Position numbers and translations under genes: made by a program
The notes under the pieces: generated by a model
What the model saw: the letters and a program-made list of their open reading frames with translations, nothing else
Databases searched by the model: none
Told to the model about the DNA's origin: nothing
From: Callorhinchus milii
Lineage: Eukaryota
Reading direction: 5' to 3'
Assembly (NCBI RefSeq): GCF_018977255.1
Contig: NW_024704743.1
Location: 90,584,001-90,648,000 of the forward strand
DNA length: 64,000 bases
Part shown: positions 23,906 through 34,278 of the stretch, piece after piece
How the letters are laid out: every line of letters begins with the position of its first letter
Numbering within the stretch: position 1 is the first letter of the stretch

Positions 23906-24254
23906 AATATTGTATTATAATACAAAAGAGTATTATTTTAACATGAAAAGTACAGTCATAGGAATTCTAGTACGTCAGGCCCCCCAATTATTTTATTACT
24001 GTGGAATCTCTTTATGAAAACACAATATAAATTATTCTCCACTCATTACTCAAAAGGGAATGGATTTGCAATGAAATGCATTTTGATCCTATGGATTTGC
24101 ATAAATTGTAGTCAACAATGTGCTCTGAATGAGGCAGCCGAAGATCACTGTGTCCATTTATGAAATGTTACCATCGTCTTCACGTAAACTTTCCACTTGA
24201 CCAAAAAACAATGTTAGAGAGTTAATGATTCATAGTAAACTGCACTCTTGACAC

Positions 24255-24623
24255 AATAATAACAATCCTTATATTTGATATAGCACCTTATCATGTCTTT
24301 GAGTGGTCTCAAAGCGCTTCACAGAATATACTGCAAAGTGAATTGACTGTATACTCTGTGGGCAAAACATGACACCCAATTGCACACAGCAGTGTCCCAC
24401 AAACCGTCATGGATTGAATGACCAAATTATTTTTTTTTTTGAAGGAATTAGTATTACCCCTGGAAAAGCGATCTGCCAATCGACTGACACCCGGGTTCCT
24501 ATTTACTGTTAGGTAAACGTGTGGAGTAAGGAAACTTGCCCAATATTTCACCCTGCTGGGAATTGAACCCAGGTCTCTCGCTTGCGAGGTGAGTGCTCTA
24601 ACCACTGAGCTACAGAACTCCAC
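24255..24623 (-). mobile_element. tRNA-derived SINE, long form
   Basis: Tail, body and head (ccactgagctacagaactccac) all present. Confidence 0.92.
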
Positions 24624-24802
24624 AATAATGTAAGCAAGACATTTGCCACATTTGCCAAAGATACATGGTTATGTTACTTGACAGTAGATACTGTGAAGTG
24701 CATTGACACATTCTACATTATGAAGTTTATCAAAAGTAGGGATATTATTAAAATATCCTGACATATGATGTACTACTTTATAATGTCTGAATGTAGAGCT
24801 AC

Positions 24803-25139
24803 GTGGAGTCCTACAGCTTAGTGGTTAGAGCATTTGCCTCGCAAGCGAGAGGACCTGTTTCTCCACATGCCTCTGTTCACCTGGGAGTAAGTAGGAACCT
24901 AGTTGTTAGTCGATTGGCAGATCACTTTTCCAGGGGACTAATAATTTCTTCAAATATCATACGAGTAGTTTGGTCACTCAATCCATGACTGTTTGTGGGA
25001 CATTACTGGTGCAATTGGATGCAGCATTTCGCCCACAAAATATATAGTCAATTCACTTTACATTATATTCTGTGAAACGCTTTGAAACGTCTCGAAGATG
25101 TGATAAGGCACCGTATCAAATGCAAAGATTATTATTATT
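24803..25139 (+). mobile_element. tRNA-derived SINE, long form with B-box region deleted
   Basis: gtggagtcctacagcttagtggttagagc...atcaaatgcaaagattattattattt. Confidence 0.9.
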
Positions 25140-25656
25140 TTAAAAGAAAGCAATGAGTTTACAGAAATAACTGTATTACAAACTGCACGTGTGGCATGGT
25201 TAGTATGTTTCTCATATTTGACTATCATTGCTGCAGGATATTTTTACAGCATAAGTGATTTCTTCTTAACTTAGAATTGATTCTTTTTTATGTTGTCTCT
25301 TCACAGGAATCTATTTTGCTGTGCTGAGCTTAGTAGTTTAATTTCTATTTTCTACAGTATAACAATACAGTATCTATGAAATGAAAATGTGTGAGGCACA
25401 AGGCACTCCAGGAACATAAAGCATGATAAGAAGGGAGACAAGGAGAAGAACACACATGGTGTGGTGGGTAGATAATATCTAGAAGCCAATAAGCAATAGC
25501 AAAATGAACAAGAGAGAACTAGGACCTGCAAATTGATATTCAGAAGGTATTCCTAATTGTGAGAACAAAACACTGTGAACCAGTGCTGATAGATCCACAT
25601 GCAGTTTAAGGTTATCTTAACAGATGGATAGCGAATAAAGACAAAATGTTTATTCA

Positions 25657-25896
<240 letters not shown>

Positions 25897-26302
25897 TTAT
25901 CAAATGTTAAGGTTGTTTTTAACAAATTGTTTGAAATTACTGATGTGGTTTAAAGCAGGGGTCTTGACATTGTGATGATTTTCTCAATGAATGCAATACA
26001 ATTGAAATTTATATGGAACCTTTTAGGGCAGGAGGACGTCTCAATGGACTTGACAATGCATGCTGCGGCTGGGAGCAGAAGGGGGTAGGGAAGGGGAGGG
26101 GAAAGATGTCCAAAAGGTATGGGCACCTGTAACCTGTCATCAGTACCATTGATGTAGGGAGCTCAGAGTTAGCTTTTGGCTTTATCATGAGCCTGTCATT
26201 GTTTGTATTGTACAATTTTAAAACAAAGAAGGGAACTGACAATCTAAATAGTAGACAACTCTTTCCACTGTTAGTGAGATTCAGAACAAGGGCCAGAATC
26301 TT

Positions 26303-27110
26303 AACAACAACAAAATTACATTTGTAAAGCGCCTTTCACATTGGGAGGACATCCCAAGGCGCTGGACAGAGAGAGTTACCGACCCAAGCTGAGGGTCGGG
26401 GTGGGGGAGGGGGGAGGGCAGGGGGGGGAATATATAATAATAATAATAAGCAGGGAGATTGAAAGCACGGTCAAAGAGGAAGGTCTTGAGGTGGATCTTC
26501 ACGGTGGCAAGGGAGGGGGCGAGACGGAGGGACTGCGGGATGGAGTTCCAGAGGGTGGGTGCAGAGTGGCGGAAGGCCCGCCCGCCAATAGTGGGGCGAG
26601 CAAGGCGGGGACATGAAGCAGACCGGAGCCCACTGAGCAGAGGGAACGAACAGGGTGGTAGGGGGTTAGGAGATTGGAGAGGTAGGGGGGAGCAAGACCA
26701 TGGAGGGCTTTGAAGGTGAGGACCAGGATCTTGAACTGTATCCTCTGTGTGATGGGAAGCCGGTAGAGTTGGACAAGGATGGGGGTGATAAGGTTGCAGA
26801 GCCTCGTATGGAGAGGACATGGGCTGCAGAGTTGTGCATGATCTGCAGCCTGTGAAGGGAGGAGTTGGGGAGGCCGACAAGCAGTGAATTTTCATAGTCG
26901 AGCCTCGATGTAATGAAAGCGTGTACGAAGGGTTTGGTGGCCTGCAGTGAGAGGCAGTGGCAGAGCCGGGCAATGTTGCGGAGGTGGGGGAAGGCAGAGT
27001 AGGTCATGGCGCAGATGTGGGGTAGAAAGGATAGTTGAGGGTCAAACAAGGTTCCGGACTGGCTTAGCAAGGTGGAGTGTGCAACCATGGATGGTGATGC
27101 TGTCAGCGCC
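26303..27110 (-). mobile_element. L2 LINE 3' fragment in a DIPK1C intron
   Basis: ORFs LFDPQLSFLPHI...FVHAFITSRLDYENSLL and GGRAFRHSAPTLWNSIP...KIHLKTFLFDRAF. (AAC)n tail on +. Confidence 0.93.
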
Positions 27111-27134
27111 TGAAGGTATACAATTAGAAAACAG

Positions 27135-27587
27135 GTGTCAGCCTGGCTAAGTTGGTAACAATCTTATTTATCCCCTGAGTCAGAAGCTTGTAGATTCAAA
27201 CCCCACATTTCATGCCAGAACTTTGATCTTATGGTCTCCGCAGATGTTCCAATGAAGTGCTGGGTGAGTTCTGCATTGTTGGAAGTGTTGTCCTTTGGAG
27301 GAAATGTTAAAACTAGGACCTGTCTGCCCATTCAAGATGGTGTTAAAGATCCCATGGCACTATTTGGAAAGAGAAGAGAACTTCTTCTGGGTGTCCTAGC
27401 CAACAATTCCTAGATAAAATTGATCATTCAATTCATGGCTCCTTGTGGGAGATTGCTATGCTCATATTGGCTGCCATGTTTGCCTGCAAATGTACATTTA
27501 GGACACCGTCCAGTGAAATCCTTTGAGACACTTTGATGATATGATAAAGTGCCATTATTAAATGCAAGGATTATTATTATTATTATT
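27135..27587 (+). mobile_element. Older Deu-domain-type SINE, full length
   Basis: Head gtgtcagcctggctaagttggtaac...ctgagtcagaagcttgtagattcaaacccc, central taaagatcccatggcactattt...tgtgggagattgctatgctcatattggctgcc, tail aaatgcaagg(att)n. Confidence 0.85.
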
Positions 27588-27983
27588 TCTTTACACTGAT
27601 GTTTGTAAAAATGTAGAATACATTTACCTGGAAAGTGGTGTAAACAGGATCAATTGGGATACTTAAAAGGGAGATAGATGGTTACTGGGGAAAATAAGGT
27701 TATGGAGAAAAGGCAGGAAAATTAGGTTTGAAAGATCCATCATGGTCCAATAAACTGGAACAGGCTCCACAGGCTTAATGGTCTCCTTCCATTCTTATAT
27801 TTGTCATTAAACAACCAGGAAATACAGATGGCTGGTAAAACCAGGCAGTAATCACTCATACTCTCCAACTTAAAACCAGACATCCTCTCCTCCCATTTGA
27901 AGACATTGTGCTACTTTTTGTCTTCTACAGGGATACAGTGTTACAGGCATCTTCCAGTAGCTGACTTCAAACCAATTATTTTT

Positions 27984-28150
27984 TGAGAGTGTATAGATGT
28001 TAACAGTGTATCTATGCTGCCATTAAACAGGTGTTAACAATGTTTGGGTGTCAACAGTGTATAGACATTTACAGTATACAGGTGTAAACTGTGTATGTGT
28101 GTTGTCAATATACAGGTGTTATCAGTGTACAGGTGTTGGCAGTGATTAGT
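27984..28150. repeat. Degenerate ~17-bp minisatellite (TACAGGTGTTAACAGTG-like)
   Basis: Recurring acagtgta / acaggtgtt motifs. Confidence 0.6.
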
Positions 28151-28186
28151 AATAATATTAATAATATCCCTACATTTGGTCATAAT

Positions 28187-28526
28187 ATAATAATAATCCT
28201 TGCATTTGATATAGCGCTTTTCACATCTTCTCGACGTCTCAAAGCGCTTCACAGAATAGACTATAAAGTGAATTGACTGTATATTTGTGGACGAAACGCG
28301 ACAGCCAATTGCGCACAGCAATTATCCCACAAACAGTTGTAGATTGGAACTGTCCCACAAACAGTTGTAGATTGAAATTACTAATTTATTATTGTGGGAT
28401 TTTTTTGAGGGATTATTATCAGGCATGTGGAGTAAGGAAACTTGTCCAAGGTTTACCCTGCCGGGAATTGAAACCAGGTGTCTCGCTTGCAAAGTGAGTG
28501 CTCTAACCACTGAGCTACAGGACTCC
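28187..28526 (-). mobile_element. tRNA-Ala SINE ending exactly at the assembly gap, with an internal 22-bp duplication
   Basis: tcccacaaacagttgtagattg occurs twice (~28325 and ~28353). The 5' end ggactcc abuts the Ns. Confidence 0.92.
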
Positions 28527-28556
28527 NNNNNNNNNNNNNNNNNNNNNNNNNNNNNN
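28527..28556. other. Assembly gap (30 N)
   Basis: Run of 30 n. It directly abuts a SINE 5' end on the left and lies ~75 bp from another SINE copy on the right. Confidence 1.
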
Positions 28557-28629
28557 CAAAAAACCCATGTATACAACAGTCCGTTACGATGAAATATGTA
28601 CAAATCGCATACTCCTTAGCGCCGTCTCA

Positions 28630-28874
28630 CACTGTAAAGTGAATTGACTGTATTTTTATGGGCGAATGCGGCAGCCAATTGCGTACAGCAATGTCCCACA
28701 AACAGTCGTAGATTGAAAATGACCAATTTTTTTATTTTTGTTTTTGTTTTTGGAGGGATTATTATCAGGCGTGTGGAGTAAGGAAACTTGCCCAAGGTTT
28801 CGCCCTGCCTGGAATTGAACTCAGGTCTCTCGCTTGCAAAGCGAGTGCTCTAACCACTGAGCTACAGGACTCCA
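28630..28874 (-). mobile_element. Young tRNA-Ala SINE lacking its 3' tail
   Basis: Perfect anticodon arm CTCGC-TTTGCAA-GCGAG on -. The body stops at cactgtaaagtg with no (ATT)n tail. Confidence 0.9.
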
Positions 28875-28879
28875 CGATT

Positions 28880-29723
28880 AAATTAAATTAAATACATCAA
28901 CTGAGACATTTCTTGACTCCTCGAGCTCCAATGGGTCACAAGACAGAAGGGAGATTAGGGTTGAATGGAGGAGATATTTACATGAGATGCTTTAAGAAAG
29001 AATGGGATGTTTGAGAACCATTCTTTTATTTGAGATAAAGATACAAGAAAGGGTATTGTTTAGAATAAGTAGGTTAACTAGAGCAGGAATACTGAGCAAA
29101 AAAAAGGTTTCACGCCAGATAGCAGGATCAAGAGGGGAATATCTGGTCAATGTCCAAAGATGGTAATGGGGTATAAAGATAAAGAAAAAGAGTGGTTCGA
29201 CACAACAGTTGAGGAAGCATCCACGAGAAGAGAAGTGACGACCTCCACCTGCCACTTGTCCGGATGCTGAAAACGGGTAGTATGTTTTCAGTTGTTCTGT
29301 AAAATCAGGCAAGGAGGTGTTAGTGCAAGGGTAACTGGTGCATGAAGGAAGCGAGGCCAGGTCAGATAGCGTGAGTGAGGCACTGAGCTAGAGTCTCATT
29401 ACGGGTTGAGATTAATTAATAATTAATAATAATAATTAATAATAGAGTATTCCTTAGATCGGTTGTCCCTGAGGGTTTGCCGGGGGCCGGTCATTGTGGT
29501 ATTTAGAAGTATAAGGTCGGTAGGCTCCGAGGGTTTCCTAGAGGCCGACGACAGACGTAAAGATTGTAGTTTATTGATTTAAGATTAACTGCGTCATATC
29601 GATTGTGTTTTGTATCGGGTAACTGGTACAGTTGCATTGTGATTTTATGTCTCAATTTCAATAATATAACATCTTGAATTAAGATCTATACTCCTATCAC
29701 TGTCTGCAGCCGGGATATTTACA
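28880..29723 (+). mobile_element. Solo-LTR-like segment (left boundary uncertain)
   Basis: CpG-richer than its flanks, with a TATA-like ggggTATAAAg (~29171). It ends in ...gggatatttACA directly against a broken older SINE fragment (acctgaataggcagacgggacctcggtttaac). Confidence 0.4.
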
Positions 29724-31159
29724 ACCTGAATAGGCAGACGGGACCTCGGTTTAACATTTTATCCAATTTGTAGTCTCACCTTAAATTGTGAATTCTGAGA
29801 TCCAACATGTGTTAACCAACAACGTTCTGAATCTGAGGTGACAGTGCTATCAGCTGGGCCAGGCTGACATAACTTAGAGAAGATAGCTCCACTGGGGAAG
29901 CTAACACCAGCACAGATATCATTCTGTGGTGTAAACTATCTATGATTCTAAATGCTTTCCCTTTCAGTTTTACCTATCTCAAATAAAATTAATAATATTT
30001 GAATGTGTTCAATAAAATAAACCCTGTAATTCTCAAACTACAGTTCCTCCCTGAAACAGCAGAGGGAGACAACATATTGATTTTTATCTCAATACATATT
30101 TTATCAACACAAAACCAGTGCTCAATGTATATCTTGTAAGCAAGTCCACCATAGCTAAGCTGACCATGGACTTGAGGGAAGGGGGCAGAAATTAACTAAT
30201 AAATTAATGCATTAAGTCAATGGTGTCTTTTAACACATAGCTCTATTCTTGAAATCTGATAGTTTGGTTAAGTCTAAGACATCAAGGAGAGGCAAATTCT
30301 CTGCTGGTCAGTAAATATATGGAGCTCTGAGGTTAGGTTTTCCCCTTTATGGTTACACATCGCCAAGGTCAGTTGGTACATTTACATTATAAGCAGAGAA
30401 ACATCCTGTGGATTTACAGTATGTTCCTGTGAATGGGGAAAATCATAAACAAGGTTACTTCCAGTTATTAACAGGTTATTATTATTATTAAACAAACCCT
30501 TACATAAAAGCCACTTTGGTCCAGTCCCCTGAGTGGTTGATGATCAGATTGCAAGGCATTATTCATTTGCCTTCTTATTTGTGTCTAGGTAGATGCTTTG
30601 GGTTGGTATCAGAACAACAAAAGCATCATATCTTTTACTGACAACCATTCACTTAATAGATAATTGCTGGAGAATGTTCTGGAAAATGCACGTGAGTACA
30701 TCAAATAAGAATACGATGTGAAGTCTTGTTGTGATTTAGCAATTTCCCTTTACAAACAAGGTTGTTTGTACAAATATGCAGTCAATTCACTTTACAGCAT
30801 AATCTGTGAAGCGCTTTGAGACGTCGAGAAGACATGAAAAGTGCTATTCAAATGCAAGGGTTATTATTATTATTAAACAAACCCTTACATAAAAGCCACT
30901 TTGATCCAGTCCCCTGAGTGGTTGATGAAAACAGGATTGACTGCATTTGGTTCACAGTAATTGTGAAGAAGCATTAATCGCAGTTGAACTAATGTCTGAC
31001 ACTGTGTCTGTCAATATGAAATTACTTAAACATGTCAATGTTTAAGTGCTCTGTGACCCTGGCCTGCGTGAGGAGCGCTATATAAATGCAAGTTGTTGTC
31101 GTTATTGTTGAAACTTTATTACCAATTACTCATTAGTTACTCATTAATTTCCAATCAGA

Positions 31160-31540
31160 AATAATAAGCCTTGTATTTTAGATTCTTATAAACCAAGAAT
31201 GTCAAAAAATGCTTCACGGGGAATTTCTGTAAAGAGTTCTGACTGTTTGACAAAGGCAGCAGCCAATTTGGGTATAGCAATTTCCTCACAAACAGTCTTG
31301 AAATGAACTACCAGTTTATCTGGAGGATGATTGGCAAGGATGCTTCCTCCCTTTTTGGATAATGTCATGAAATCTTTAACACCTACCTGAACAAGTAGAC
31401 AATTTAGCATCTCATCTGAAGGATAGCACTGCTGACAATGCAGTACTCCCACAGATAATGAACTCAAACTCTGCACATGGGGCCTGAACTCACAACCTTC
31501 TGACTCAAAGGCAAGAATCCTACCAACTGAGCCAAGCAGA
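31160..31540 (-). mobile_element. Older SINE, near full length
   Basis: Head ctgaactcacaaccttctgactcaaaggcaagaatcctaccaactgagccaagc and central ctacctgaacaagtagac. Confidence 0.78.
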
Positions 31541-32246
31541 CACATAAAGATGATGACTGATACTTCCTGGTGTGAGATTTTCCTTCACAGTGATTTTCTT
31601 CACAATTTCCCACGCATTGGAAATGTTTTATCTGCGAGACTGAAGATGCAGGGACCCTGGAGCTGCATTGGGTTAACATAAAAAGTGCAGTCCAAAAAAA
31701 ATCATGTGTCAGTTAAGGTTCCAATTATTTTGGAAATTATTTTGATACTGCAAGTCTTATGGAAACAACAATAAAGGTTATTCTGCACTCATTGCTCAAA
31801 ATGGAAAATATTTGCACTCAAAATCCCCAAATTCATTTTGTTTGATGATTATTGTACCTCACATTCCGGGTTCAAGGAAAGGCCACATCTGTATCAATTG
31901 CAAATCGCCTGCAGGGCAGCAGTTAGCTTTGAATGAGCAGCGACGGTTTCTAAGGAGCACTGCTGCTAGTTATGAAATGTTACCATCTGGTTTGATCTGA
32001 ACTTTACACTTGACCAATAATGCAATGTTACAGAGGTAATGATTCAGACTGAGGAGCAATCTGTGGTAACGACACCAATGTAAATGCAGCAGCTTGTACG
32101 TGTTCTCTTATTACATTGCCTCATAGTCACGTATCAGCAAATGGACCATTTCTTTGATTCACTCCGATTATCAACTACGCAGTAACATTTACTATGAAGT
32201 TATTCTGACAACCATTGTATTCTTCAAAACATATCATTGTTACAAA

Positions 32247-32860
32247 GTGGAGTCCTGTAGCGTACTGGTTGAGCGCTCACCTCGCAATTCAGAAGACCCG
32301 ATTCTATTTCTGGGAAGGGCGAAATATTAGGGAAGTTTCTTTACTCCACACGCCTCTGTTCACCGAGCAGTAAGCAGGAACCCGTTGTTAGTCGATTGGC
32401 GGATCGCTTTCCAGGGGTAATAGTCCCTTAAAAAATTGTAACTATACAATTGGTCACTCAATCTACGTCTGTTTGTGCGCATTTAGCTGTCACATTTTGC
32501 CCACAAAATATAATAATAATCCTTGCATTTGATAGAGCGCCTAATAATATCTTCGAGATGTCACAAAGCGCTTCACAGAATATACTGTAAAGTGAATTGA
32601 CTATATTTTGTGGGCAAAATGCGGCAACCAATTGGGCACAGCAGTGTCACACAAACAGTCGTGGAATGAAGTGACCAATTTATTATTATTATTTTTTGAA
32701 GGAATTTTTACCCCTGGAAAAGCAATCCACCAATCGACTAACAACCTATTTTGCATATACTGTCAATTCAGGTTACAGTTTATTCTGCAAAGCACTTTGA
32801 GACAATTCAACGACATGAGAAGGGTGTGATATCAAATGCAAGGATTATTATTATTATTAT
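32247..32860 (+). mobile_element. Long-form SINE interrupted by an inverted 5'-truncated SINE (~32511-32746)
   Basis: The + copy breaks at cccacaaaata| and resumes at tatactgtcaattc...atcaaatgcaagg(att)n. The insert starts taataataatccttgcatttg. Confidence 0.88.
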
Positions 32861-33239
32861 ATTAAAGGCATTGTACACTGAAAACAGACACATGTTTCCA
32901 CTTTTTTGGTAATATATCTATGCTCCTTGCTCCACAAACACCATAATCCTTTTCCTCTATCCTGAGGAAACAATCTGTTTCTGGGCATGTGCCAATGTCA
33001 TTTTTATACTGGTTTCTGGAGGCCGATGAGAATAGTGGGATGAGGCACTATGTGATTTAACCTTTCTTTACTGAAGTACAATACAGTTGTGCTTCCCATA
33101 TCCAAGAAAAGTGATCAAGAAAATGAGCCTTTTCTGTAGTTTTTAAAAAAATAATTTACAGAAATTGGCTGTAATTTAAAAGTTTATCAAATTCTGCACA
33201 CTTTAAAATACTAGTCAATCTGGACTCGGATGGTCGTTT

Positions 33240-33700
33240 ACTCCATCATTATTTAAAGTAATTGGTTATAGCACAAGAGGGAAGTCTTGTTGCATGATGA
33301 GAATGATTTGGGAGGTGTTGTAAATTGCAATAAGGACAGCAAAAAATTGCGAGATATAGACAAATTACACAAAGGAGTGGAACTGTAGAAGATGAAGTTT
33401 AAGGTATCGAAGTGTGAGGCACAACACGGGACACTAGAATGGCAGATGGGAATATTCTACATGGTGAAGCACTAGTTGGGAGAGATGAGCAAAGGGATTT
33501 AGGTTTCAGGGCACGTAAATGATTAAAATCAAGTTCATCAGTGCAGAGCACAATCAATTGGGTAGTCGGATGCAAAAATATAACAAGAATCTGGCAGATA
33601 AAAGTAAGAAAGTGCTGCTCTAGTTGTACAGCCCTCCAGTCAGATCTCATTTGGAGCAGTGTGTTCAGTTTAAGGCACAGATTCTGAGGATCAAACCAGC
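33240..33700 (+). mobile_element. Highly degenerate CR1 ORF2 fragment
   Basis: ttgggaggtgttgtaaattgcaataaggacagc...gatatagacaaatta...atgaagtttaaggtatcgaagtgtgagg...gagcaaagggatttagg...tttggagcagtgtgttcagttt follows the CR1 motif order LGG.V / D.D.L / MKF...KCE / RDLG / CVQF. Confidence 0.6.
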
Positions 33701-33830
33701 CTTGACGGGGATCCAGCAATAATTCACTTAAATTCACATGGGTTTAGCCTGAAGCCTCCAGGCCAAACACGAGGAGATTTTTTTTGTCCAAGAGAGTGTG
33801 AATTTTGGCTTTCCCCTGCAGATTAACCCT

Positions 33831-34278
33831 GGGTTACCTGGAGAGAGAGCTGGAGTGGGTTACCAGGTGAGAGAGCTGGAGTGGGTTACCTGGAGAGAGA
33901 GCTGGAGTGGGTTACCAGGTGAGAGAGCTGGAGTGGGTTACCAGGTGAGAGAGCTGGAGTGGGTTACCAGGTGAGAGAGCTGGAGTGGGTTACCAGGTGA
34001 GAGAGCTGGAGTGGGTTACCAGGTGAGAGAGCTGGAGTGGGTTACCAGGTGAGAGAGCTGGAGTGGGTTACCAGGTGAGAGAGCTGGAGTGGGTTACCAG
34101 GTGAGAGAGCTGGAGTGGGTTACCTGGAGAGAGCTGGAGTGGGTTACCAGGTGAGAGAGCTGGAGTGGGTTACCTGGAGAGAGAGCTGGAGTGGGTTACC
34201 AGGTGAGAGAGCTGGAGTGGGTTACCAGGTGAGAGAGCTGGAGTGGGTTACCAGGTGAGAGAGCTGGAGTGGGTTACC
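33831..34278 (+). repeat. Minisatellite, 26-bp unit GGGTTACCAGGTGAGAGAGCTGGAGT, 17 units plus 8 bp
   Basis: Counted directly: 13 A units, 3 variant units (GGGTTACCTGGAGAGAGAGCTGGAGT) and one 24-bp variant. Confidence 0.98.

Noticed and set aside
28800..28874. tRNA-Ala(TGC)-like cloverleaf (also at ~12185-12259, ~18828-18902, 1144-1215)
   Set aside because: It runs directly into the SINE body in every copy, so it is a SINE head and not a tRNA gene.
33831..34278. Regular repeat array resembling CRISPR or an interstitial telomere
   Set aside because: Units are head-to-tail with no unique spacers, there are no cas genes, the context is vertebrate, and it is not (TTAGGG)n.
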